In this document: piece after piece, positions 39,201 through 53,474 of the stretch | How positions within the stretch are numbered: position 1 is the stretch's first letter | How the letters are laid out: each line of letters starts with the position of its first letter | Assembly (NCBI RefSeq): GCF_964204645.1 | Contig: NC_134029.1 | Coordinates: forward strand, 17,478,950-17,542,949 | Direction of reading: 5' to 3' | DNA from: Tubulanus polymorphus | Lineage: Eukaryota; Animalia; Nemertea | Length of the DNA: 64,000 nt | Position numbers and translations under genes: made by a program | The notes under the pieces: model-generated | Told to the model about the DNA's origin: nothing | The model's input: the letters and a program-made list of their open reading frames with translations, nothing else | Databases searched by the model: none

Positions 39201-42200
39201 GGGTTTTTATCTTTTGTTCTATCCCAATAGTTGTCAGCAATACCGTTTTACGGTACAACAGGTTTCATATATATGTATACGAATTTCTACGATCCACGCG
39301 ACGATTTGCGGACGACTCTAAAACTCTATCGTCTTGTTTTTCGCTTTGCTACCTTTGATTGCAGTCGCTTTGCTATTTCTTCGACCAAATAATTGACCCG
39401 GACAAACCACGGTTATCCTTGCTCGTCGAGGTTCTCATTCACCGTGGAGTAGAAAATCAGACAACCCAGTAAACAAAAGGGAGACGGAAAGAACCAAACA
39501 CAGGAATACCCTCAGTATTTCAAAAGACACCGATAATGGAAATACAGATTCAAGAAACATAAATATGATATATATTTTTTTGTTTTGTTACGTGCTACGT
39601 ATACTAGACGTGCTTCGACTACCACGTAAAATGTTTTTTGGCCAATTGGGGGGAAAAAGTCTTTGCTAGAAAAATAAGTGCGCGATTAAGTTAGGAAATT
39701 GTGTTCGAATGAGTGGTTAAATAAGGTGACGTGGTTCCGCTAACAACTACTTGCGCATTCATTCGGAAAAAGCAGGCAGACATGACCAAAAATGTTCGAT
39801 GCAACAAAATAAGCGTTCCGTATTGATCACAATCATTCTCGATACCTTTATTTTTCATGTTAAAAACCCACGCGGCATCGTCGTTTCCGTGCTCGTAATT
39901 TTTTTCGTCGTGAAAATGAACAAGTTTCGCGATGACGAGAATTCACGAAAAAAAAAATATATACATGGCTGAAATAGTTGCTGACGTGTGGTCAGATGAC
40001 GCTTTGCCACCGTTACTTGAATTAATCAGATTGACTGAGCGCAAAGAGCGATATTCTGTCTAAACCAACGTCATGCGTTAAATACGTTCTTACGCCTGTC
40101 AAAAGCCGGTCGTAAATAGAAGAAAATTACTTCATAATTATAGTAATTCCGATAAGATTTTCTCAATTAATTAGCCTACCATCTAAATCTAGGCCAGCTA
40201 ATGTGAGTGTAAACCGCTTATATGTATTATATATAGGCATTGAAGCAAAATGAAATTACCAGTTTCTATATCTTTTTAATTGACAATTAAAGAGATCTTG
40301 CTTACAGCCATACGCTTTTTACCGTAACTATACGCCGCATAAGTTGGTAAATACGATACGATGAGTTAAGGCTGGCTTATGTCGACAAGCAACGCGATGC
40401 CTTCCGGCTCCTACCGACGCAACTGAGAGCAACTGCGATCGCAGCCCAGCTTATGCCGACTGCGCTCCGATTCCCAGCAACTGAGGCCGACTATCGGGAT
40501 ACGAGATCCTCCCAGTTGCTTCCCTGCTTATGTCGGTTATGATTACTGGCAACTGCACCGGCTCAGATGTTCACGTGATAAGCATTTTGGAGAATAAATT
40601 TGAAAAATTTTGAATTATTGGGAAATATATTTCTATTAGAAAAGCTATTTCTTCAAGATCTTTATTTTTCTGATTCTGTTAAGAATACAATGTGTTAGCG
40701 ACACCATAGTAAGATGGCCGCTCTCACCATAATTCTACCAATTTCGTTTCTAAATCTTCGGTCCAGTCATCTGCCGTGCTGGAGGTTTGGTTTACGTTTT
40801 GAACTACTTGAATTTGAAAGTTTATGACTAATTACGAATGACTCTAACTAGCGGTCATAATATGTACTATATATATGCGGTCTCTTATTGGCTGGAACCC
40901 CTGCGCTCAGTTCCGTCGCGTCGTAGATGAGCTTATGTCGGTTGTGATCGAAAGCAACTGTCCGCCTACCCATGGACGTATAAACTAGATTTACTAGATA
41001 ATCTAGTTTATACGTCCATGGCCTACCGTAGGCCGCAGTAGAACATGGGGTACTAGCCGGATATGGCTTGCGACGAGTCGGTAGGCGTCGGGTTGCCGTC
41101 ACAAGCTGGCTTATGTCGAACCGATAGAGCAGCTCGTAGGTCGCTAGTTGCCGCTAATCGGCGATAAACCCAGTTGCGTCGGTAGGCGGTGCGTTGCTTG
41201 TCGACATAAACCAGCCTTTATTTATATGAAAGGCCCTCGTTGTTAAGACTAAGTTAAAAATAAGACGATTAGGTATTTTCTGACATTGCAGCGCGTCAGA
41301 TTGGCCGTCGTCAAGTGCAAGCTGCATACTGAAGTAACAATGAAACTAACTTGAATTTTTATTTACGATTTGAAAATTGATACATTTATCGCCTAATATT
41401 GTCAACAACGAATGATATGATATGATGATATTAAGGGTCGATTAAGTTATTTTGAATTTAAGTAAGAATGAATTTACCGACAAACAGTCTAACCAGGCTA
41501 GCCCCAATAGTGATGACGTAGGGCACATCCACTCAAATTCATTACCAAAAAGACAAATCTTTTAAAAAGAATATAAGATTCATGAAATAGATTCAATTAC
41601 AGGATGAACATAAAAATTCACAATTCTATTTTTTATTTAAAACGCCAATATTGATGACCAATATTGAAGACGTAGTGCATATCGACTCACACGGACCCCT
41701 TTATGAATTACGAATAGTAGTTGTTAATGTACACAAACATTATTTTAACGATTTTTGCGGCGTCAAAAAAGTTACAGTTGAATTTGCAAATATGATGCTT
41801 GTGGACAATTGCACTTACAATAATGATTGATTGCTCCACAAAAAATATCCCAATTTTTACCCTTGCTGTATAGAGTAGGACAATTTACGGAGCTGCTTGC
41901 CCATGGACTGTCACGATTGTATGAATTTGTAGGCACTCGGCATTATCATTAAATATGGTTTAAGGTATCGGAGATTGCAAAGAGAAGGGCATTCTAAAAC
42001 AAAATGGTACTCATTTTCAGATTGCATATAAAAACCTCTAGGCTGTACCCATAGCCGACACTATCCTGTAGTGTGAGTTCCCACTCTGCAAGGCTCTCTT
42101 TTTCGAAAATCCATGTTACATAGGTCAGCCCCGGTATGTAGATTTTTACAGTCCCAGTTTAATCGAATAAGATTTCGAGTGCACGAAGTTTATCACGCAC

Positions 42201-45200
42201 ATATGAGTGTTTTGTTCAATTAATGATTTGCATATCGATCTCTGCGCCGAGACGTTCTCGCCGGTATCTTATTAATGTCCTTGGCATCATTTTTCCGAGG
42301 CAAAAACGACAATATATAGATAATTTGCTGTGCGTCCCTTTAATGTAAGAACTTGTCTTCATTGTAATTTACCAATTTTCCCAATGTAAAGAGCTCTAAA
42401 TGCAGATTATTGATGGAAGTCTTTGTTTGATTATCCAAGGTACCCGGTAATAAGTCTTTCGATGATTAAGATTAAGAATGAATTTGGAAGTATTCGCAGT
42501 GAGTTACTTTGAATGCAAACGATTGTCGTGGCCTTTTAGACACAAAATTTTAGAATCAATTTGATCACCTATTCTATCGTGCAATGAAGTTGAAAACAAT
42601 ATCCCATACCTCAGATAGAAGTACAGAATATCAAAATGAAATTAACCTCACCAGACCTTGCAGCGAAGCATTCATTCTGAGAATTAAAATTGAATTAAAA
42701 CGCGCAGAAGAGTGAGAAATTACTGAGTTCGCTCGAGAAACCTGCAGGTTTGTATATAAAAATTATTTTGCCGAAGCAAAATGTTCAGGTTTTATATATT
42801 ATAGACGATGTACTGTAAGATACGAGTGTCTGTAGTTTCTCAAAGTCTTATCTCATAATTTCGCCTAGTACTCCTGCTATTCAACATTGAAACGTTGTAA
42901 TCTACCATATTCCCGGGATAAACTGCATGTTCGCCGACGTGAAGTTGTTCGGGCATTAAAACAAGTTCGTCTATAACCGCAATGACGTAAGCTAACTGCG
43001 TTTAACCTGTGGATAGTTCGCTAATTTTCACACAGACTCATATAAACGCTCGTATTTCAACAGGTTACTGAATCGATACCAAACAAGCGATCGACTGTTC
43101 TTAGTTATAGCTACCGTGGGGGAGATCTCTTCGAGATGCGTTGGTTTTAATTTTTGAATAGATAGTTTAAATTAACATACTCCGGGGTCCAGAACAAAAG
43201 AAAAGATGCGTCAAATGCCTCTATCGGGTTCCGCGTGGTTCCGCTTTCAGTTTTAGACGTTTTTAAAATACAGCAGAAATGTTACAGTTTCCGAGAGGAT
43301 GAGTGTCAAATTTTACAAACTTTAACAATCACTGTCTTGATGAAAAGCCCGCCTCAAAGGGAAGGCAGGGGTCCAGACCCCCAAGACCACCCCCTCGGGC
43401 ACCCCCTGAATCCGCTACTACAACGTGTTAACCAGGGGGGTACAGTGTCACGAAATAGTAATAGAGTTATTGAAAATAATGCAGTGTCACGAAATAGTAA
43501 AAGAATAATTGAAAATAATGTAGGTTTAATAATGTAAGTTTTTGAGAGTACAATAAAATATTATGGCAAATTCTACTGACGACTTTAATACAAAATTCAA
43601 AACGTAGATTAAGCCTATTTGATCTATGGTTTATAATGGCTGGGTCTTTTTAAGGTTTCGCATCATTAATCATTCCGTGCGATCGCGCGCATACTCGATA
43701 TTAATTTACTGACAATCTTGCGGGTCTTCAGCCACCCTGACGCACTCCATCAGATGTTCTCACCTTGCAACTTGTTCTCTCCACAAATGTATGATGAAGA
43801 TCGAGAGGTTATTTTGCAACGACTTTATATATGTAACTAATTGATACTGGATAGCGTAGCGAAAAAAAAGAAAGATGCCGCGCAGGTATGATCGAGTGAC
43901 ATACGTGTGTTTCTTCGGATGAATGAGAACTCTTAATCCAAAAATCTAAAAAAGATTCTAACGATATTCATGCTTCCTCTAACAGACTGGTGGAATGACG
44001 ATTACCAGTCAGTCAACAGCCGAAACTTTGCGGTTTCAATTCAATAAATCAATTTATGGATTTATCTATATATTCATTTCTTAAAACCATCTGCGCTCCA
44101 TTTCATATTCAAAGTTTCAATATTTCATCTCATTCGATATCTAAGTATCTATCACGGGACGTTTATCTTTTTATACAATATGTTTATACAATGTAGCTTT
44201 TTTACTTGCTAGGACTAGAAATGCACCAATGGTCCATTCATGTATATTGAGAGTCGTCACAGTTGGCAAGTTCTGCTGTATCATCTGAAATGAATATTAA
44301 CAAAAAATGAATGTAAAAAACTAAATATTGGCAAAATGAGTTCGGCCAACCTTTAGTGTAATAATCAATTGTCGAGGACATGTTCTATACAATTTCTATA
44401 ATGACGTTGCAAAATTCCGTGTTTGATGTACTTAACGGTGTCTTCAATGAATGGATGGAATCAATTACGAGATGGCTATTAGTGCGTAAAACGTGAAATG
44501 GAGTCAACTTCCGCTTGAAACTTTCTAAGCCGTTTTACAATCAATACGACACGTGTTCTCTGCTTCCTCTCGTCAACTGCCTTTTCTTTACTTTGAGAAA
44601 ATCCAAGCATTGGTTTAGCGAATTCTCTACGGGACGATTCGGCAGCCATCTTCACGCCGTATCCATTATACAATCCGAGTACCATGTTTACAGCTAGCGA
44701 AACCAAAGCGTCGTTGCATTAAATTGAATTTGAGGTTGAAACTGCGTCCGTGATTGTATAATGAAGACAAATTTCGCAGATAACAGTCACTGTTTTCGCT
44801 GCGCATACATCGCTTTCGGCTGACACGATTGACAGATTTATGAACGCGTCCCGCGGGACTCGATCAATTCATCGATCGAGGCAATCATTGATATCTGACA
44901 AGGTTTTCTAATCGAAAGATTAATATTCCCATCGCTGACACTTCTATCATATGTTTAGACAAATGTCTAACGTAATGTAGTATGAGTAGTGTAATTACTA
45001 TAGTTTATACCGTGTATAACAAACACACCTTACATTATTCAATGAAACGAATCATCGTACATTCAGTGTCAGATTCAATTAGAAGTCTAAGAAAAAACCC
45101 AGGCAAGCCTCCATAGTAGAGCCCACGTTGGACTACGTTTGGTATGAAAATCTGATAATAAGTCTAAACCATTAGATAATTCTTCAGACTTTCGCCCGTC

Positions 45201-48200
45201 TGTAAGAAATGGAACTGAAAACATTAAAAGGGCTTTTTGATTTGTAATTTGGAAAAGATAACAATATTTTCAGATTCAAAGGAATCATCGTTCTCAATTT
45301 TTCGGCTATCAAAGTACGTATGAAAGTGGCAAATCATGATGTCAGTGCGATACCAGAAACTGTCTACCATTTAAGGAATATCGGCTTCCAATAAAAGATA
45401 TCTGCAGTAAGATTATTTGGATTATTACAGCTAAATTCATATTTACACTGATTTATTGACCAGCTTGCCATTCGAGTGATATCCATTACAAGTTTTATGG
45501 GGCGAATATCTGTCTGGATTCCTCGCTATCGATAGCGCATTTTGTCGATCATTCAAATTCCTATATATTCAAATATAATTCCTCGAGACTGAAATTGAAT
45601 ATTATTTACCGAATAGGTTCAATCGGTAGATATTCCAATCAGACAGTTTAGTAGATTAGCCAAAGGTTTTATAAGAACCATCATTCTATAGATTTCACAT
45701 GAGCATTTGATCTTTTCCATTGGATTATTGGTATACGAGTAATCGAATTGAATTTTTCTTCCATCGCGAAACAACATCAGACGATGGTTGAATCCCAGGC
45801 CCGTGCCGAGCTTTTTTGAAAAAGGGCACTTTTTAGTGACAAATGGCAGATCTTTGAATATGTTGTGCCTGGGTACCTGAATAAATCATTTAAGAATGGA
45901 TTACTTTTCAGTTTCATAAGAAAAACATGAAAATTGTATCCAAATTGCGGAAAGTCTTGACCCAAGTCGTTTGACACTGACTTTAAAGGGTACTTTTAAA
46001 GGGAACATTTTAGAGGTTCGTTCACTACCCACGAAACCCCCTTGACATGAGCCTGTAGCCTGCTGGAGCTCCGGTGTCACTCGGTTATCATGTTAACCCT
46101 TTGAACAATTTCTTGGAGGTGCAGATGCGTACGTTTTAGTGCCATTGAACCCTCTCATGACAATTTGAAGGAGTCGAGTACATTGTTTATATTATAATAA
46201 CATTTGAAGGGGGAATTTTGAGGCATCGTCTTGCCAGTCTCAGAGTACCAGCATTAGACTTTACAAGCCATTTACTGGCGATTTGCTGTCATTCATTGTA
46301 ATCGTAAATGCGACTCCTTCAATTTCCGTAATTATGATCGAAGCTGCTCCATCTTGTACTCCTTGCTTTCGTCTGTCAAGTCAATGAAGTAATATCTTTG
46401 ATTGATAATGATATGTAAGCTTTACCTAAAGTCTACACATTCCGATCTTCTCAATGGACTGCATTGCCACAAGCTACCGATATCTTGCAGGGCCCTATCA
46501 TCATTACACGATGCAACTGGAAATATACGAACTCTATTATGAAGGCATTTTTTCAACGTGAAAAAAGGCAAAATTACCCTTGTTGGAGCAGAAACCGAAG
46601 AAATTCCACAATATATAGTTTAAGATTTCAAAGTTAAGCCTATATCATGTGGAATGGCATCAACCATTTTGATATGGTTTGATTTTCTTGTATGAAAATA
46701 AACGATGAAAAATTCAATATTACATTTAGTTTTATTATTCTAAACCTGTCTATAACTATTCATAAATAGTTTTATCAGTGTGGTGAACTGTTAATGGATA
46801 GACGATGGTTACACATAAAACACAATTCACATGCGAGGCTCATTGTAAAACCTAGATGGAATTTTTTTTGACTAACGAACTGTACCATAAACGATAGCGT
46901 AGCCTATTATTGAATATGTCATTCTTTCTGTATCATTTGAGGAAAATCAATGTGCACGCATCTCCTTTTTTTGTTCCCACAAAATAACCGAAGTCGATGC
47001 CATATAGAAAAGGTCGCGACACAAAACTCGATCGATCGGGACAACGACATATACAGTTTGAACGCGGTAATTAAGGCGATCACGACCTATCATTTACTGG
47101 AAACATTACGTATCCATAATTGCGTTTTGATGAATCGGACTCACTTTCGGCACGAGAGATTGCTTCAATACTTGCAGTACGATTTTGCTGTTTATATCCG
47201 CGATGATAGCTCGCAACCACATTTATCTATATATCGAAAATCGATGTATTACCATCGTTGGTATTGTTAAGAGGTTTTGTGATCAAATAAAAACTGAATT
47301 CAGTGAGAAGCTTAGGCTTACGTCGAGAGAGAAAACAAATTGGGTACGTTTTTCAATATGTTAGATGCCCGAAGTATATATTGTAAACGAGTATACGGAT
47401 AGCGTGTAAGCAAACACTTGAAACCACCTTCTTCAGACAACTTTGTAATATACGTTGCAGATTCATAGTTTTGCGATAAAGATACGTTGGAGATGTTCGC
47501 CTCGTCGAATTTTCAACGGCCGATGCAGAGCTTCGTAGGGTTTATATCTTTTCGGTGTATTTTTGCGTTTCTCGCCTATTCTTCGGCACATCCAATGTTC
47601 TATCGGGGCTAGGTCGAATTTCACGAAAATGTTCAACTAAGATTTGAAATTCTGTTCTGTTAAAAAAAAACTGTTTTCAGTTTACTTCTGAACAATATTG
47701 AACAACGTCATTGCACAGAGCAGAAATACTGGCGAAAATGAGCTCGGAAATCCGCGGTCGCGTCTCACAGAATCCATTAATGTTCTTTGGCCCTCGGTTT
47801 TCTACGGATGTATCGTCTTTCATAATTTCTAGATTTTTTCCCCGATAACGCATTATATCTCTGTTAACCAAGTACTTATCCCCCAACGCGTTTCACCGAT
47901 TTATCGCAGTCAAACATTGCATTTACATTTGTTTTTGATGAGAAATCTTTTGCTGAATCAAACACTACAAATATTTGTTTTCAGACTGTTATTTTGATTG
48001 CTTGAAGAAACGTTTCTGGGGAATTAAGTTCAAATACAACCGAAAAGCTTCACGTAGACACAGTTATTATTATAGAAGTATTTTGTCTATATAACAAAAG
48101 TAATAACGCAAATTAAAGTGAATTAATTCAGTAGATTTTCCGAGAAAAAAAAACTTCAATACGAACTAAGCAGAAAGACAATCGGCAATAAAATGAATGA

Positions 48201-51200
48201 TTCCGTGTATATTTTTTGAGTAATCAAATCTCCTTTGCCATTTCAATAAGGTTGAATAGTGTTGTGATTACGAATGCTCAGCAAAACTAATGGATCACGC
48301 GAACGTTATAAGTTTAGAATCAGTCACTGATATTTCATTATCGACGGGAGAACGCACGAAACCGACGATCGATCGACCACCACCATAGACTGAAAATAAA
48401 TAAAACTTGTTTTTTTTCGGCGCTTATCGATGGATGATAAATCCTTCTTCGTGTACTAGCGAATGATTTCGATAGATAAACAATTTCAAGCTACACAGAA
48501 AAGTGTTAGATAGGAGCACGTTTTCTCGCGGTCGGTGCACATCAATAAATTATGAAATCGGTGGAACTGTTAGTATATACGTTGTATACCTCCGTGCGTA
48601 ACGCTATCAGATATTTGTAATAAATTCCCCCCAAGATCTTCCCGTGAAATCCTATCGGAACTTTTAAACAAAATTAGCCAAAATCAGAACACCTGCCGTG
48701 AATAAACTTTTGAGCGATTCCGATCAATGAACGAAGTATCGGCAATAAACTATTTTAAACTGGCGCCTGTTCGACGTAACTTCGCTGGCATAAACACTCA
48801 ACGGTCGTTTCGTTTGCGACTAATAAGACTTGAAAGGAGTGACATAAAAGTCATGACAGCAAAAAATGTCTCTGAATTTATATTCATTTGAAAGGAATAT
48901 TTTTTTAAAACTAATAACTGCCAACGGTTTACTTCTTCGATTCAGCCCCGGGCATTCGTGAGCTGGATCACTGTTTAAAACTCGTCGTCATGATAAACAT
49001 TCCATTAGATGGATATCTTACACGCATCTTAATTGGCCGTTATGACTTGCCGCAGGGATGGAACATGACGTAAAAACACTTGTTGAATTAGTCGCATAGG
49101 CCTCGCATCTCGGGTCGTTTCTACTCACCCGCGCGTCGGCTTCTTCCGTGCAGCTGACTGCCAGGGATGTATATTGATATATACCTCGTTGTTACCGGGG
49201 GGGGGGGTTCTTATCTGCAAAGTATCTCTTGCTTTCACATTAATTTCACCGATTTGATACTAAACACGCATCGCTCATCGATGGATTCTCATTTGCAATC
49301 AATAAAGTGTCGACTAGGTCCGCACTTAGATAGAGCCATAGCTACTCATTCCTTAATTGACTCGAAAATGTGTTTTTGATGCTGTAGAAAAAAAAGAGCT
49401 TACGATCGAAACAAATACAGCTACCTGGATCTGGTTATAGTGTTGAAATATGATTGCTTTTAAAGCTCCATATGACAAGGCGATTCTTTTTAGAGATTTG
49501 CATCAAAGATATATATCAACGCTGGAACAGAAAAAGATCGTTGGGTCATTTCGACGACTCGCTTATCGTTTGGAATTTGAAAAAAAAATGTCTTGACTTT
49601 GATTTTGAAGTCGGGATTTCTTTGTCTTATACATTAAAGAAAGTTGTTTCTCTAATTCAGCCAAGACATATTTCAAACGGCCAAGTTTTGAAAGACATTT
49701 CAAATAATCCAGACGCTAGCGTCTCTGTGTGTAGCATACCCGCGGGCATTTCACATCTAGCTATATGATTATACTAGGAACTGAGACGCGTCCGTGACAG
49801 TAAAAAGCGTCATCTTGTTACGCGTTATTCGTGCAATGATGAATCAAATTGTGCAAATGATGCACTGCGCAAATGGGGTGAATTCTGCTCGACTGCTGAA
49901 AAATCTCTGATCATCGCAGGACAGAATTGACATCTCGCGCCATCAATTTTCCTCAATATCCGTTTGCTTTGAGGCATGGAAACGGAATCACTCAGCCGTT
50001 ATGTTGCAAATTCACGCCGCCGAAAACGGTCATTGCCCATGGAAAATCTTAAATCAAGCTTCATCACGGTGCCGCCTCGTTTGCTAACTAAGTTGCAATC
50101 CTGGGGTCATAATCCCTTTGAAAAAGGTTGCTTGCATATGCCTCATTTGCTCTATGTAGTAAGAAACACATGCGACGCATCTGGTAATTAACTATTTCAA
50201 ATTGCCCGACTGAAGTTAAGTTACTTTTTAAATACCCCTAGGTATCGAAAAAAACTACTTAAAAATTTAGAATTGAAAATTTGAAAATGAATCAGTCAGA
50301 AGTATAACGGTCGTTTCTAACTAACAACGTATCCTATTCTGTGTTGATTTTCACATCGTATTCATACCTTAATACAAAAATTCATCGGCTAAATTCCACT
50401 CAACCTATAGAATGTTAGTACCCAAAACCGTGGAATTGCGTTAAAAAGCTTTCACGATTGATAAAACACCATATCCGTGTTGAAACGATAATGTAGAGAG
50501 AATCCCACAATAATAATGAATAGTCATAATGATGATAATGTATTCCTGAAGATGGCTATTAGGATAAAGTCGAAACGTTGGATTAACTACTAGCTCCAGT
50601 TACACTTTCGGACAGTTTCTCATTATAATTGTCGGATTCTCTCTACATTTCATTTGTATCCTTTCAATTTCTTATGAAACTGTTTATATTTGATATCATT
50701 TCAGGTACATTGCAATAGTCCATCCGATCAAGGCACATATCATGTGCAGCAAGAAGAGAATTCTAGCTGTTATAGCATGTATCTGGCCGCTTGCCATAAT
50801 TTGCTGTTTACCGAACGGTTTGTATTTGGTAACCACGCAACACCAGGAGTACGTATACTGCCTTCTGGTATTTCCCGGACATGAAATTACATCTATGATG
50901 ATCTACAAGTATTCGGAAAGCATTTTATTCTATGTGATTCCGCTTGTCGTGCAGATAACGCTGTACTCGATCATCGGATTCCAACTTTTCGCCGGCACTG
51001 AGAAACTACACCGACGCCGTACGACCAAATCGGAAAATGGCGTCGAAAAAATGATCGTGTCTGATGCCATCAAAGCCCGAAAAGGTGTCGTTAAAATGCT
51101 CGTCGTGTGTATCGTCGTGTACTTTTTCTGTTATTCGCCGAATCAGATATTAATTTTGTACAATACTTTCGCTGACAAACCTTTCCACCACACGTGGAAT

Positions 51201-51425
51201 TTCAAAGCGTTTACGCTGGCGCTGGTGACGATGAACAGCGCCGCCAATCCGATTATGTACAGCATATTCAGTCAGAACTTTCGTCGGAAATTCAAGAAAG
51301 TGATTATGTGCGGTTTCGGGACAAAGAACAATAAAAAGGCAACGAATATGGATTCGTTTGGTGGTTCGCGAGCCAACACAACCAGATTCACAAGTCTTAA
51401 AACGTCTACTGTGACAGAAATGTAA
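36284..51425 (+). CDS. Two-exon class A neuropeptide GPCR (NPR-15/trissin-receptor-like, family tentative)
   Basis: Exon 1 36284-36669 (GNALV, NLAMAD, ..CVE-ag|gtgag); exon 2 50705-51425 (tttcag|g-YIAIVHPIK..FYVIPL..ARKGVVKML..CYSP..NSAANPIMY). The phase-2 intron 36670-50704 rejoins the ERY motif; N-terminal glycosylation sequons present. Confidence 0.92.
38035..38770 (-). mobile_element. 3' end of an L2/Crack-like LINE inside the GPCR intron
   Basis: Reverse strand reads QPLIVLQKRAIRLISNSDYLAH.., later KVSGPLLWN, then AATAAA and a (CAAAT)n tail; same family as 53930-54870. Confidence 0.8.
40369..41217. mobile_element. PIF/Harbinger-type non-autonomous transposon
   Basis: TIRs AGGCTGG(C/T)TTATGTCGACAAGCAACGC at both ends; TTA target duplication (40366-40368 / 41218-41220); recurrent internal GCTTATGTCG motifs. 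Confidence 0.85.
40971..41020. mobile_element. 50-bp palindromic mini-element with 7-bp target duplication
   Basis: Perfect 21-bp arms CATGGACGTATAAACTAGATT / AATCTAGTTTATACGTCCATG with an 8-nt loop, flanked by GCCTACC on both sides. Confidence 0.8.
50542..50583 (+). ncRNA. Penelope-type minimal (type I) hammerhead ribozyme motif with intact core
   Basis: ATTC-CTGAAGA-T-GGCT-(10 nt)-AGTC-GAAA-C-GTT-GGAT: CUGANGA and GAAA boxes, stems I and II pair (with G-U), ACGT palindrome for stem III. Confidence 0.6.
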
Positions 51426-52481
51426 CGTTAATCGTCGTTTGGCTAATTGGTGCCAAGAAGACATTGTTTGTAAAGTCGATTGATGTCATCAATAATTTTC
51501 CCAGATGTCTGTCGTATGCCTAACTGACTATCATACGTGTAACTGCAGTTCTGTATAATATTTTATAAATAATGGATAGCTGTATATTTCTTTCTGTTTG
51601 GTTTGACGTCATGAAAACGGTTTTAGATTTTTCAATCATTATAAGATTTAGATTGCAATATCTTTGTTATGCATGTATGTACACGATCGAGTATCTTTGT
51701 GATTGAACTACGTAGAATTCCAAAATTGTACGTTAAATTCTACTCTTAAATCCAGAAATAGTTAATTTCACTTATCTAATAGTTGTAAAAGCTCGAAATT
51801 AAGCGTTCAGGGTGTATTCTAAAACTCTAGACTTATCTCGCGGACGGCTCCACCAGTGAGTAAGAATTCGTTCATTTTCAACTCCAAAATTTTTTCATGT
51901 TTATCAAATTCATCCCACTACTGTGGAACTATGTCCAAGGGATATTTAAACCTTATACCATAGTGAAACTGTGTACTAAGTAAATACTCTTATTACGTCT
52001 AAATCAACATAAGCCACTGAGCTTCACAATTTAGTGTTTATCTACAACTTTCTGACTTGTTTCAGGGGCCGGTTCCAGATATAAGACCTGGAATTCTGCC
52101 TCGATGTAACTCGAGCTCATTTTGGCCAATCTAATCTGTTATGACAAAATTAAGTTATTTAGTATTATCGGACAATGTTGTTGTAATGTCCGAAAATAAA
52201 GGACGATGATGTTATTATACCAGTGAGATTGTTTGGTGATTTGTTTTTCATTAATAATTTTGTTTTAGTCTGAATTCATCTATGAATGCATTTTGTTCCA
52301 TTTCTAGCTCACGATATTAAGATTTAGTTCCATAACATATTTATGTTTTTAATGTTAAAGTTACATATCTAAAATCGATATATTGCTGCTAAAAGCTTTC
52401 GAGAGAGGTTCTGTTAAGCCTTGGCCATCGATGAATTCTTTATTTCTAAAACGTTCTCTCAAAGTAGTCTAATTAACAGAA

Positions 52482-53474
52482 ATGGATTCGGTGAACAATG
52501 CAACGACGTCAGCACAGCCCGGCGCTTATAGGGCGATGTTAATCGTGTGTATCATTTACGCTTCGGTTTTAATGGTGTTTGGAACGATAGGTAATTTTGT
52601 TACGTTGATAATTCTACCCCGATTGCGTAGAAATATCGATGTGCGCAGCCTACAATATCTAATGCCGCTAGCGGTTTTTGATACTATCGCGTTGTGGGGA
52701 ATGGGTATTTTCGGTGTCCAAATGCTCGCGTTTACGACAATGACTACATTACCCATAAACTTCACATTTTCTACTATATCCTGTCGTTTAATTATGAAAA
52801 TGTTTGTATTCGGTATTGGATCGTCGGCGTGGATCATTTTACTGTTTCCATAGAACGAGGATTGGCGATTTCGTTTCCGCTGATGGTTATGTTTCAGTTA
52901 ACCCCGACGAAACGTCGAATCCTTCTCGTTACGGCGATAGTGTTCATATTCTGTTACAGTTCTCCTTTTTTTCCTCCAAGGTGGCACCATCGTTTATGAT
53001 ATCGACGGAAGACATCTTTGCGATTATGATAAGAATAACATCACCGCACTACCAGCAGCTATTCTACTCATCGTAATCAATTACTTTATCCCCTGGTGTA
53101 GCTGTGTTGCCGGAATTGTCATGATTTCCATCGGGGTATTGCGAAGTCAACATCGACGCCGAGGCATGTGCAGCGAATCTTTCAAAACGGTGAACGCAAA
53201 AACGAAAGAAAATCGTTGTTTGCAAAATCTGGTTATGGTAGTCGTTGTCTATTTTATATTTGTGACGCCATATTCATTGTCTGTTCTGAATTTGTTTGTT
53301 TTTCTTCCACTCGGGTGGGAAATTATGTCGCCATCTGGAACGGTTTTCTATAATAATGCAACGGCAATATTTTCAATCGGTAACAACGCACTGAATGTTT
53401 TAATTTACGCTTTCAATCTGTCCCCGTTCCGTTTAGAGCTATTGAAATTGCTACGAATCTATAAATCTTCTTGA
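52482..53474 (+). pseudogene. Intronless class A GPCR with two compensating single-base frameshifts (pseudogene or assembly error); 330 aa when repaired
   Basis: GTIGN and LAVFD in the first ORF; SIERGLAISFPL appears in a shifted frame after ~52846; the original frame resumes after the T7 run at 52966-52972 (..YFIPW..FVTPY..NNALNVLIY). First and last ORFs share a frame. Confidence 0.85.

Noticed and set aside
46250-46520. Possible nested two-exon minus-strand gene or Myb/SANT-like remnant in the GPCR intron
   Set aside because: Splice-like sites exist, but there is no start, no convincing motif and there are stops in the more protein-like frame.
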